DNA of 33,004 nt, from positions 1 through 33,004 of the IMG/VR virus record IMGVR_UViG_3300042997_000139; one strand, 5' to 3'. The stretch comes from a virus. Its lineage: Duplodnaviria > Caudoviricetes. Below are positions 1 through 8,019 of this stretch, piece after piece. The notes under the pieces are model-generated. The model saw nothing but the letters and a program-made list of their open reading frames with translations. It ran no database searches and was not told where the DNA came from. The position numbers and the translations under genes are program-made. Within the stretch, counting starts at the first letter, position 1; the number at the start of each line of letters is the position of its first letter.

Positions 1-142
1 TGGCAGACGCGCGGCCTTTGGCGTTTAAGCCGCCGCTGGGTGACTTGCCTTCCTTACGCTGCCAAGCCGGGGTCTTCATTTCTTCTTGGCCGTCTTTGCT
101 GATGCCTTGAATGCAGCCGCAGTCGGTGCGCCCTTGGTGCCG
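1..142. repeat. Terminal direct repeat, left copy (circular overlap)
   Basis: 1-142 matches 32863-33004 except T127 vs A32989. Confidence 0.97.
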
Positions 143-222
143 GGCTTCCGCATCTTCTCGTCCGATCCGGCTTTGATGCGCTCACGCTTTTTGGCGATGT
201 TTGCGTAGAGACCGCCGGGCAT
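76..222 (-). CDS. Small Lys-rich protein, 48 aa ([48 protein letters not shown])
   Basis: Translated by hand. TAATG overlap with the upstream gene and ATGA overlap with the downstream gene. Confidence 0.85.
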   Translation of the reverse strand: MPGGLYANIAKKRERIKAGSDEKMRKPGTKGAPTAAAFKASAKTAKKK

Positions 223-317
223 TACTTCTTAGCCTTCATCATGCAGCGGCCCATTGCCTTGCACTTGGCGGGGTTCGGGCAGCCCTTGCACGGGGTGAAC
301 TTCACTGGCTTTTTCAT
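222..317 (-). CDS. Tiny basic 4-Cys peptide, 31 aa ([31 protein letters not shown])
   Basis: Translated by hand. ATGA and TAATG overlaps at its ends; exactly fills the gap between neighbours. Confidence 0.75.
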   Translation of the reverse strand: MKKPVKFTPCKGCPNPAKCKAMGRCMMKAKK

Positions 318-442
318 TTCTTCTTCGCCTTTCCTGCTTTGCTGAGAGCGATGGCAATCGCTTGCTTTTGCGGCTTGGTCTTCATTTCCGTGCGGATGTT
401 AGCAGAAATCGTCTTGGCAGACGAACCTTTTTTGAGTGGCAT
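314..442 (-). CDS. Small Lys-rich protein, 42 aa ([42 protein letters not shown])
   Basis: Translated by hand. Strong SD GAGGAGG upstream of the ATG. Confidence 0.85.
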   Translation of the reverse strand: MPLKKGSSAKTISANIRTEMKTKPQKQAIAIALSKAGKAKKK

Positions 443-482
443 TATGGCCTCCTCTGGCGCGGGATGCCGCCACCCTATCACA

Positions 483-1742
483 TCACGCAATGCCTTTCAA
501 ATTGCGCTTGATAGGTGCGCCCCAATCGTCATCGACCGAGCGATAACCCACAAACAGATAGCGCAGGCTGTCGCATGTATGGCTGGTCCAATCGTGCTTA
601 GGCTTGGACCGCCACGTCTTCGACCGCTCGTCCCAATCGCGCTGATACTGGCGCAGGGATTCGATCAGCCGCGTGTGCTTCTCGTGGATGTATGTTCTCG
701 CAAGCCCGTTGCGAACAGCCTGAATGCCGTCCTCAATCGGGATATTCGGCGCGATGGTGATGTTGCGGATGCCGAGGCCCTCAAGCGTCTCAATCCGCGA
801 TACACCACTGCCAAGCTCGCGCACACGGGCATCGTGCGGCAGGATGTGGTCGGTGTATGTGTAAGGCTTGTCAGACAGCAGGCGCGCGTAATGCGCCAGC
901 CCTTGGCCGCTGTCTTCGATGTGGTCGATGATGCGAACCTCGTTGCCAACGAACTGGGCAAACACGATGGACGTTGTGTCGTCCATGCCCAAGTCCCAAG
1001 CCGTCACCACGCCAATCTGAGGCTCGTGCAGAATATTGCGGATGCGACCATCTGCGGTCATCTGCTTCATCTCGCGGCCATAATATGCCCCGATGATAGC
1101 GGCCTCAAAACTGCATTCGAATTCCTGATCGTAACGATCCGGGCCGATTGTCTTCAGCGCGTCGTTAAGCTCCATCTGCGGAATGATGCCGGTCTCAGAT
1201 GCTGGCAGCACCAGCGAGAACCAGTTGTCGTCCCGCGTGGCCTTGTCGTAGATTTCCCAGAACTCGTTCTTTCCCTTTGGCGTGCCGATGAACGTGGCCC
1301 GGCCCTGCCGATCTGCCAGCGCAGGGCGAATGACGGTAGGCCATGCGTTGGCTGGGAAGTCCGCAGGCTCGTCCAGCACGACATCATCGAAATACAGCCC
1401 GCGCATGGCGTCGTAATTGTCAGCCCCAAAAAGCCTGATGCGCGCCCCGTTGGGAAAGTCTGCGCGCAGTTCGCTTTCGTTGTATGACATGCCGGGAATT
1501 GGCGCTGTGAACTGTTTGATGTAGTCCCAGCTAATCGCCTTGGCCTGATTGTAGTACGGCGCGATGTAGCCGCAGCGCACGTTTTCGCGCTGCGTCGTGA
1601 TAGCCGACTTGATTAGGTCGTTAATCGCGCCGACCGTCTTCCCGAAGCGGCGATGTGCCACGATGCAGGCAAACCGCTCCTTGCGGTTATGAAACGGCAA
1701 AAGCTGCCTGCGCGGTGCGTAAGGGATTTCAATTGTCGGCAT
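483..1742 (-). CDS. terL: Terminase large subunit
   Basis: Walker A AHRRFGKT, Walker B VVLDE, coupling motif FIGTPKG, nuclease motifs WDLGMDD and HTCDSLRY. Confidence 0.97.
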   Translation of the reverse strand: MPTIEIPYAPRRQLLPFHNRKERFACIVAHRRFGKTVGAINDLIKSAITTQRENVRCGYIAPYYNQAKAISWDYIKQFTAPIPGMSYNESELRADFPNGARIRLFGADNYDAMRGLYFDDVVLDEPADFPANAWPTVIRPALADRQGRATFIGTPKGKNEFWEIYDKATRDDNWFSLVLPASETGIIPQMELNDALKTIGPDRYDQEFECSFEAAIIGAYYGREMKQMTADGRIRNILHEPQIGVVTAWDLGMDDTTSIVFAQFVGNEVRIIDHIEDSGQGLAHYARLLSDKPYTYTDHILPHDARVRELGSGVSRIETLEGLGIRNITIAPNIPIEDGIQAVRNGLARTYIHEKHTRLIESLRQYQRDWDERSKTWRSKPKHDWTSHTCDSLRYLFVGYRSVDDDWGAPIKRNLKGIA

Positions 1743-2097
1743 TTTTCCACTGGATTGTCAGCGGGCCGCCGTTGCTGGTCAGGTCAACGTCCTGCTTTTC
1801 GCGCCAATCGCTTGGGAAGCGGTTTTTCATGTTAAAGATGTAGCTGGTCGCGTTGAAGCCGGGAACCCCACCGAAGGTTGCCGAGCGGCCTTGCTTCTCC
1901 CACCAAGCCTGCGAAAGGTGTCGAGCCTCTTTTACGGCTTCCGAAAATTCTGGATGTTCTTGCGTCCAAAGATCGAAAGTTGAGTAAACCACGTTGAGTT
2001 CTGCGGCCATTTCGGCCTTGCCCATGCCCTCGCGCCCGCACTGGATGACCACATCGCAAAACTCTGGCTTGTACTTCGTAGGCCGTCCGGCTGGCAT
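1729..2097 (-). CDS. terS: Terminase small subunit
   Basis: MPAGRPTKY N-terminus, HTH, IFNMKNRFPSDWREKQ motif; overlaps the terL start. Confidence 0.9.
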   Translation of the reverse strand: MPAGRPTKYKPEFCDVVIQCGREGMGKAEMAAELNVVYSTFDLWTQEHPEFSEAVKEARHLSQAWWEKQGRSATFGGVPGFNATSYIFNMKNRFPSDWREKQDVDLTSNGGPLTIQWKNADN

Positions 2098-2146
2098 CTT
2101 GTTCCTCGCTCTGTCGCTTCACGGTGCAGATTGTCTGTCGCGCATC

Positions 2147-2368
2147 TTAACGCTTCACGGCCAAATATGCAAACTGTCCTACGCCCTCGCGCTTGCAAAA
2201 GAGGAAACACCGCTTTTCGGTTTCGGCTCTGGCAGCCGCGTAGCGATGGATGCCGCCGCAGCACTGCCCTTGATGGTACACGATGCGGTCGCCCTTCTGC
2301 GCCTCGCCCAGCGCGCGGTAGAGGGCATCCTGCTTGGTGTCGCCGGTGATGTAGATGGTGTTGCTCAT
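2147..2368 (-). CDS. Hypothetical protein, 73 aa
   Basis: ATGA overlap with the upstream gene; compact ORF (GDRIVYHQG...FAYLAVKR). Confidence 0.8.
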   Translation of the reverse strand: MSNTIYITGDTKQDALYRALGEAQKGDRIVYHQGQCCGGIHRYAAARAETEKRCFLFCKREGVGQFAYLAVKR

Positions 2369-2949
2369 TCAATCACCCCGTCGCTGAGAAAGTCGAAGTC
2401 ATCTTCCAGATCGGCCTTCGGTCGGCGGACGGCCTTCACCTCGGCGCCGGGGAATGCCAGCTTCACCGCGTTCACCAGCCCGTTGCGGTGTTCGTGCAGG
2501 GCGACGGCCACCTCACGCATCGTGTGGATCGCGATGCCGGGCCGCTTGGCGTAGGCTGCCGGCCAGGCGCGCCCATCCTCGATGATGCCGAAGATCGTTC
2601 CCTCATATTCATGCTCCCAGATCATCGGATCGGAAACGGGCCGACCGAGGCTGACGGCTTCGGCGTCCATTGCTGTCAGCCCACGCAAGCATATCTCCAC
2701 CCAGAACTTTACCTTGTCGGGGTCTTGTGCGTCGATGGCCCCGTTCAGGCCAGCCATCGCTTTGCCCCACTTCGCGGCGCTCTCGGTCGAGACAAGCTCG
2801 GGCAGGCGATCTACGCCCCAGCGTTTGTCCATCTCTCTGACAGCCGCGTCGAAGGGTGCCAGCGACAGGTCCGCTTTGATCTCATTCGCCGTCGCTCCTT
2901 TGTGCAGGATGCGGTCGTCTTTTTTCTGGCGTATTGGTTTCTGTGCCAT
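2365..2949 (-). CDS. Hypothetical protein, ~194 aa
   Basis: ATG at 2949 with SD GAGGA; follows the putative origin. Confidence 0.8.
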   Translation of the reverse strand: MAQKPIRQKKDDRILHKGATANEIKADLSLAPFDAAVREMDKRWGVDRLPELVSTESAAKWGKAMAGLNGAIDAQDPDKVKFWVEICLRGLTAMDAEAVSLGRPVSDPMIWEHEYEGTIFGIIEDGRAWPAAYAKRPGIAIHTMREVAVALHEHRNGLVNAVKLAFPGAEVKAVRRPKADLEDDFDFLSDGVIE

Positions 2950-2970
2950 CGTTGTCGTCCTCTCTGGTTT

Positions 2971-3110
2971 CCTCACTCTCACCTCACCTCACATAACCAA
3001 CACCTTCACCTCCTCACCCCTCACCCCCTTTAGGGGGTGGGGTGAGGAGGAAGGGTGTTTTACCTCACCTTTCCTCACCTTTCCTCACCTGTGAGGCTCT
3101 AGGTGAGGTG
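2971..3110. repeat. Iteron-like CTCAC/GTGAG array with imperfect palindrome; putative replication origin
   Basis: Nine CTCAC and three GTGAG copies; three in 10-bp phase (3064, 3074, 3084); palindrome ~2999-3059; non-coding and directly downstream of the primase-helicase. Confidence 0.75.
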
Positions 3111-3119
3111 ACATATTTA

Positions 3120-5435
3120 TCACACTTCGTCATGGCTGATCCACTCTCCGACGACCACAACGGCCACTTCTCTGGCCTGTCTCGGGTCTGTGATCCGCTC
3201 GACGGCCAGCACGTTTGTTTTGATCCATGTCTTGATGATGGACGACACCTTGGCCTTCCCTTTCTTCTCGGTGATGTCGATGCCGAGCATGTCTGCTATC
3301 GGGACGCCCACCCATTTTTTAGACTGCTGGCTTTCGCGCAGCGGCTCATCGTTTGTGTGGGCGTCGGCGACGATCCTCTGTGCCGCCTTGGCATCCTTTG
3401 CACTGATGCCGTCGAAGGCGTCTGGCAGCGTGTACGGGAGGCAAACACCGATCCATTCGCCGTTATCAATCTTGACGCCCTCCATCTTGCGATAGACGGC
3501 GGCGTTGGCTGGCGGGGCGAGGTTGGCCTTGCCGTCGTCCACGCGGAAGATTGAGCGTGCCTCGGCCTCATCGATACCCAGCTTTGCCGCATCATCGGCT
3601 GACATGCGGTTGACCACCCGTGCAGCCCGTGCCGCCCCGATCAGGCTGCCTGCACCACGCACGCTGTCGATGCTGGCATCCTCGCCATTGCCTTTGCGGA
3701 TGTGATGGACTAGGCCAATGGCCGACTTCGTCTCGTCAGCCACGCGCCTTATTTCCGCCACAATGGCGTTCACGGCCATGTTGTCGTTCTCGTTGATGTT
3801 GTGGGCACCGACGAAGGGATCGATGAACACGCAGCCGATCTGCTTTTCGGGGATTTTGGCACAGAGGTATTCGACCAGCTTGGTATTGGGCAGGACGCCT
3901 TCGCGGGTCTGGATGCCGAACTTGAGGCTGAAGTCACGGCCCGCGTTGACGAACAGGCGGCCCTCGACCTCGGATGGCTTGATGCCGTAATGCCGCATCG
4001 CAGCGAGAACCCGGCGTTGGATTTCTTCTAGCGGGTCTTCCAGATTGACGATCCAGACGTTTGTGCGCTCTTTCACCTCCTCGCCCAGCAGCGGCCTGCC
4101 CGTGACGATGGCCAGTGCCTCGACGATCTGGAGGCTGGTCTTGCCGATGCCGCCTGCCGACGCCAGCACGCTGACGAATGACCGCAGGTAGTGGTGGGCA
4201 TATATCCAGCGGCGAGGCTCAATGCTGGCCTCGTCAAACATATCATAGAGCGTGGGCCAATCCGGGGCCGCCTCGGGGGCGTCTGGGGTGTCGAAGCTGT
4301 CTAGGTCTATGTCATCGGCCTCTGCGCTGGCAGGTGCCTCCTGCGCGGCCTGCGGGGCCACATAGTCGAAATCATCCATGCCATTCTCTGGCACATCAAT
4401 CTCGGCCTTGGCCGGGCTGATCTCAAGGCCATAGGCGCGCACGGCGGCGCTTTCGTCCCCGTCATGCTCAAAATGGCAAAAAAGGTCAAAAGCATCACCC
4501 CAGCAGTAAGAGTTCTCGCCCAGCGATTTCGACCTGCCGATGCCAGCGGCTGCGTCCGATCCAGACAGGCTGACCCAATGGGTCACAAAGTTCTGCGTGG
4601 CGAAGCTGGGGCTGGTTTGATACCGCGAACGGTAATGCTGGGACGATCCGCGCCGCTCGTACTGGTAGCGGGCCAGCAAATCTTCGATGCTGTGGTCAGC
4701 GTTGAAAGCATCAATCGGGCTGACCTGATCGGGGAACTTCTGCCGACGTTCGGCACGCTGGCGTTCACGCTCGGCACGCGCCCGGTCGGCCTGCTCGGCA
4801 GCGAGGCGGTATTGCTCCAGCCTGCGGTCGATCTCTTGGCGGATGGCGCTGTCGGCGTCGAGGCGCAGCATGCCGCCACGGACGATGCAGTGCTGATAGA
4901 AGATCGGGGTTAGATCGGGATTGCGTTTGCCGAGCGGTACGTTTGGCAGGTAGATCGGCTGGCCGCAGCGTGCCAGCGCGCCGTCAGGGTGTATGCCATT
5001 GGCATGCAGCAGGTCGAAAAAGGCGGTCTGGGCCAACTCATAGTCAGCGCCGGACAGGAAGCCAGCTAAAGGGATCAGAACGCGCCATTTGCGGTTCTCT
5101 GGTGTCGCGCCGGAGGATGAATAGGCAAGCAGGCTGACAGGCCCGCAGACGGCCTCTACGGCGGCCAGCACGTCGTCTAGGCTGGGGTTGCCCCGGTCGA
5201 TGTCGAGGGCGAGCATTCGGAACGCTCCGCGCTCACGCTGGGCTTCGTGCGATCTGCCGTCGTGTTCGCGGTAGGTTGAGGGAATGAAAAAGTCTGCGTC
5301 GATCTTTTCTTTCGCCTGCGGTGTGGAAACCATGCGGGCGATGTCGACCCAAGAAATGCCGGGGTATGTTTGGCCGGGTTTGTCGATCAGGGTGTGGAAA
5401 GAGCCGGGGGCTGTCAGGAAGCGGATATCAGACAT
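3120..5435 (-). CDS. Primase-helicase replication protein (N-terminal primase/prim-pol-like domain, C-terminal RepA/AAA_25-type helicase)
   Basis: LALDID...YSSSGAT...KWRVLIPL primase-like motifs; Walker A ASAGGIGKTS; FIDP Walker B; LVHHIRK and RGAGSL helicase motifs. ATG 5435 preferred; GTG 5459 is the alternative. Confidence 0.9.
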   Translation of the reverse strand: MSDIRFLTAPGSFHTLIDKPGQTYPGISWVDIARMVSTPQAKEKIDADFFIPSTYREHDGRSHEAQRERGAFRMLALDIDRGNPSLDDVLAAVEAVCGPVSLLAYSSSGATPENRKWRVLIPLAGFLSGADYELAQTAFFDLLHANGIHPDGALARCGQPIYLPNVPLGKRNPDLTPIFYQHCIVRGGMLRLDADSAIRQEIDRRLEQYRLAAEQADRARAERERQRAERRQKFPDQVSPIDAFNADHSIEDLLARYQYERRGSSQHYRSRYQTSPSFATQNFVTHWVSLSGSDAAAGIGRSKSLGENSYCWGDAFDLFCHFEHDGDESAAVRAYGLEISPAKAEIDVPENGMDDFDYVAPQAAQEAPASAEADDIDLDSFDTPDAPEAAPDWPTLYDMFDEASIEPRRWIYAHHYLRSFVSVLASAGGIGKTSLQIVEALAIVTGRPLLGEEVKERTNVWIVNLEDPLEEIQRRVLAAMRHYGIKPSEVEGRLFVNAGRDFSLKFGIQTREGVLPNTKLVEYLCAKIPEKQIGCVFIDPFVGAHNINENDNMAVNAIVAEIRRVADETKSAIGLVHHIRKGNGEDASIDSVRGAGSLIGAARAARVVNRMSADDAAKLGIDEAEARSIFRVDDGKANLAPPANAAVYRKMEGVKIDNGEWIGVCLPYTLPDAFDGISAKDAKAAQRIVADAHTNDEPLRESQQSKKWVGVPIADMLGIDITEKKGKAKVSSIIKTWIKTNVLAVERITDPRQAREVAVVVVGEWISHDEV

Positions 5436-5475
5436 TGTGGCCACCGCGACACTTGCCACCAGATATAGACTGCAT
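5428..5475 (-). CDS. Leader mini-ORF 2, 15 aa (MQSISGGKCRGGHNV)
   Basis: SD AAGGA upstream; the stop lies 5 nt into the primase gene (ATGTCTGA). Confidence 0.5.
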   Translation of the reverse strand: MQSISGGKCRGGHNV

Positions 5476-5510
5476 TAAAGTATTCCTTGTGTTGGGTTGC
5501 TCTCACACAT
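5475..5510 (-). CDS. Leader mini-ORF 1, 11 aa (MCESNPTQGIL)
   Basis: SD GGGAGGAG (5528-5521) 10 nt upstream; TAATG overlap with mini-ORF 2. Confidence 0.45.
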   Translation of the reverse strand: MCESNPTQGIL

Positions 5511-5549
5511 CTGGAACCTGCTCCTCCCTCGGTTCCGCCTGCCTTACTT

Positions 5550-5587
5550 GAACCCCGGCGCGTTGGTCTCACGCCGGGGTTCTTTTT
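5550..5587. promoter_or_regulatory. GC-rich leader hairpin (candidate antisense target; terminator-like on the + strand)
   Basis: 11-bp stem GAACCCCGGCG/CGCCGGGGTTC; the mRNA-strand loop displays GACCAA; T5 follows on +. Confidence 0.7.
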
Positions 5588-6014
5588 ATCTCACCGCCCT
5601 ACGCCCTTTAACATGCGGGTTGTTTTCGCCAGTGCGAGATTTGCAATATGCGATAAAACCCGGCATGTTCATGTTCTCCTTCATGGTTCCCCACTTAAGG
5701 TTCTCTGGGCGATTGTTCGTCGCGTCTTCGTCCAGATGAATAACAATATGAGATTCATCCTGAGCTGGCCCGTGGAAAGCCTCGCACACAAGCCTGTGAA
5801 CCTTCATGTTCCCATAAAACCTGTTCTGAATGCCCATATAAACATGACGGGCGGTCTTGGATGAACGCGTTTTCACGCCATACGTTGGCTTAGGTTCATA
5901 CCACCTCAAGTTACCGCGCGGCATTTTTGCTGACCTTCTTGGCAGTAGTATGCGCCCAAAAGAACTTGCGAGGACGCCGGGCTTTGATGGGACGGGTTTC
6001 CAGACTTCTTCCAT
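5586..6014 (-). CDS. NUMOD4-type HNH homing endonuclease
   Basis: MEEVWKPVP...ASSFGRI N-terminus; VHRLVCEAFHG...HLDEDATNNRPENLKWGT HNH motif. Confidence 0.93.
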   Translation of the reverse strand: MEEVWKPVPSKPGVLASSFGRILLPRRSAKMPRGNLRWYEPKPTYGVKTRSSKTARHVYMGIQNRFYGNMKVHRLVCEAFHGPAQDESHIVIHLDEDATNNRPENLKWGTMKENMNMPGFIAYCKSRTGENNPHVKGRRAVR

Positions 6015-6042
6015 GATGCACCTGAGGCTTGATGTAATATCT

Positions 6043-6071
6043 AGCCTAAGGTGCTTTGTTTAGCCGCGCAA
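6043..6071 (-). promoter_or_regulatory. Possible sigma70 promoter for the HNH gene and primase leader
   Basis: TTGCGC-N17-TAGGCT on the minus strand in the SSB-HNH spacer. Confidence 0.35.
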
Positions 6072-6081
6072 GTCAATCGAC

Positions 6082-6747
6082 CTACGCGGCAAAATCAAAA
6101 GGGATTTCGTCCCCCAGATCATCAGCAATGGCTTGGCGCTTCTGTTCGGTCAAGGGCGCTTTGGCCTGCTCAAACGGATCAGCCTTGCTTTCGACGGTGT
6201 CGAAGTCATCCATGCCGCCGTCGCCATAGCGGGCTTCGGTGACCTGCACCGCGTCCAACAGCAGGCTGATGCCGCCGTTGCCATCGGGATCGATCACAGC
6301 GACAGCCCACGCGCGCACGGTGCCTTTGGAGCCGCCCCAGAAGGCCAGATCGGCCAGCGGCTGCTTCTGCCCGTCGATGACGGTGGGTGCCTTGTTGGGC
6401 GTGCCGTCCTTCTTCATGCCGTTGCGCTTGGCGGTGAATTGTACCATGCCGGTTTCGTTGCCATGCTCGTCCTTCAGCTTCTTCATGCTGAAGATGGTCT
6501 TGAATTGAGGCATCTTGCTGTTGCGCGAGCGGCAAGCCTCATAGTGGGCGCGCAGTTCTTCATAGAGCGGCTTGGCCTGCTCCTTGGTCATCTCAAAGGC
6601 CACGGACCAAGCCGCGTTGGATGCGGTGGGCGCGCAGGGTTCGCTGGCCTGCTTTTGGGTGTTGAACCGATAGGTTTGGTTCAGCTTGGGATATTGGAAG
6701 GTCACGTTTTTAGCCAAGACCTTCAGGAAGTCGTCGTTATTTGCCAT
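6082..6747 (-). CDS. ssb: Single-stranded DNA-binding protein (phage OB-fold type)
   Basis: ATG 6747 with SD GAGGAG; GISLLLDAVQV motif; acidic tail DDLGDEIPF; located next to the exonuclease. Confidence 0.85.
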   Translation of the reverse strand: MANNDDFLKVLAKNVTFQYPKLNQTYRFNTQKQASEPCAPTASNAAWSVAFEMTKEQAKPLYEELRAHYEACRSRNSKMPQFKTIFSMKKLKDEHGNETGMVQFTAKRNGMKKDGTPNKAPTVIDGQKQPLADLAFWGGSKGTVRAWAVAVIDPDGNGGISLLLDAVQVTEARYGDGGMDDFDTVESKADPFEQAKAPLTEQKRQAIADDLGDEIPFDFAA

Positions 6748-6772
6748 GATTTGCTCCTCTCTGGCGGTAGTT

Positions 6773-7585
6773 TCAGAAGTCAACGGTTTCGTCAAAAACG
6801 TCGGCTTCAGGCTCAATGGCCTGCCATTTCGGCAGGTCCACATGGTTAATCAAGGGCCAGCCCGTTGTGAAGGTGTTTGCGGCTTCGGCTCTGGATATTT
6901 TTTCTAGGGTCAGCGTGACGCGCATGTCGGCTGCTTCGATGTACTGCCGTGTGAGCGCGTGCAGGCCGACAGCGTAGGGTGCTTCCTTCTCCACGCAGAC
7001 AAAGATGAAGGTGTGGGCGTTGAACCCTGCCGACCGCAGGCACCTCAAGTAATGAGCCGCCTGCAAATCGTAGTTGTAGTTGCGGATTTCGCGCGGGAAG
7101 CCATCGGGCGAGGCATCGCGTGTCGTCTTGATGTCGAAGACGATGCCAGCGTCGGGCAGGTATCCGTCCGGGCGGCACTTGATCTTGACGCCTGTTTGGG
7201 GATCGGTAGCGAAGAAGCTGGCCTCGGCCACGAAGCTGGGATCGGCGACCCATGCCTTGACGACTTCGTGGTTGATGACGGGAGCCGCGATCTTTTCTGC
7301 CAGATCGTAGTCGCCTTCGGTCAGGAGGATTTTGCCGTCAATGTCGGCGATAAGCTGGGCCTCTTTCCACTTGTTGCCCCGGCGATCTTCTGGGCCGCGC
7401 AGGACGAGGTTCTTTTCCGGCTCCAGCACGAGGGCGTGGACGGCGCTGCCGAGGGCGAAGGCGTTGCTGTCTTTCCAGACCTTGCCTTTCCAGTGTGCCA
7501 GCGACTTGCCTGCGACGGCTTTGACATCGCTGCTGCTAATTTCAGGGCGTGCGTGGTACGCCTCGTTGGTCATGTTTAGGATCAT
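6773..7585 (-). CDS. PD-(D/E)xK exonuclease, RecE/ExoVIII (DUF3799)-like
   Basis: YHARPEISSS, GSAVHALVLEP, KCRPD...DIKTT, YDLQAAHY; ATG 7585 overlaps the RuvC stop. Confidence 0.92.
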   Translation of the reverse strand: MILNMTNEAYHARPEISSSDVKAVAGKSLAHWKGKVWKDSNAFALGSAVHALVLEPEKNLVLRGPEDRRGNKWKEAQLIADIDGKILLTEGDYDLAEKIAAPVINHEVVKAWVADPSFVAEASFFATDPQTGVKIKCRPDGYLPDAGIVFDIKTTRDASPDGFPREIRNYNYDLQAAHYLRCLRSAGFNAHTFIFVCVEKEAPYAVGLHALTRQYIEAADMRVTLTLEKISRAEAANTFTTGWPLINHVDLPKWQAIEPEADVFDETVDF

Positions 7586-8019
7586 TGTTTTCCCTTTCCA
7601 TAGAGTGCGATCAGGGCCGCCTCGGCTCTGCCGTCGTCTTTGACCCGCGCCCACTGGTCCGAGCAGTCGGGGAAGTATTGGCTGGCCAGCGCGCGGCTGG
7701 CGTTCTTGTCGGTCGAGAGCCGCATGGTCTTCTTCCACGCGGACGGGTCCACCTCGAACGTCGGCACGCCGCCGAAGAACAGGCAAGCCTTCAGTTCACC
7801 GTACGCGACAGCGATGGTGACGGCGTTTTTGATCCCGATCATCCGGGGAAAGAAAGGCCGCTCCAGCCAGCAGCATTTGACCGGGCCTAATGCCGCGATC
7901 AGGCCCATCTTCTCGTCCAGCGTGCCGGGCATGTCGTAGGTTTTGACCTGCATGTCGTCGGTGTCGAGGAGCGCGATGGCTCCGCTTTTGCCGGGGTCGA
8001 TGCCGATGATGTAGGACAT
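7582..8019 (-). CDS. RuvC-like Holliday junction resolvase
   Basis: IIGIDPGKSGA, WLE, PSAWKK and DDGRAEAALIA catalytic pattern. Confidence 0.9.
   Translation of the reverse strand: MSYIIGIDPGKSGAIALLDTDDMQVKTYDMPGTLDEKMGLIAALGPVKCCWLERPFFPRMIGIKNAVTIAVAYGELKACLFFGGVPTFEVDPSAWKKTMRLSTDKNASRALASQYFPDCSDQWARVKDDGRAEAALIALYGKGKQ

Noticed and set aside
1-142. Biological direct terminal repeat
   Set aside because: It begins and ends inside genes, which fits an assembly overlap of a circular or permuted genome better.
201-1487. 428-aa plus-strand ORF
   Set aside because: Antisense shadow of terL and the small genes; no motifs; expected with high-GC codon bias.
2971-3110. CRISPR array
   Set aside because: Repeats are 5-10 bp without unique spacers, and there are no cas genes.
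5586-6014. Group I intron around the HNH
   Set aside because: Flanking genes are intact and there is no room for an intron core.
6773-7786. Extended N-termini in the ORF track (7786, 6843, 14433, 14594, 30451, 31014)
   Set aside because: They overlap upstream genes; downstream ATGs with SD or coupling overlaps are better starts.
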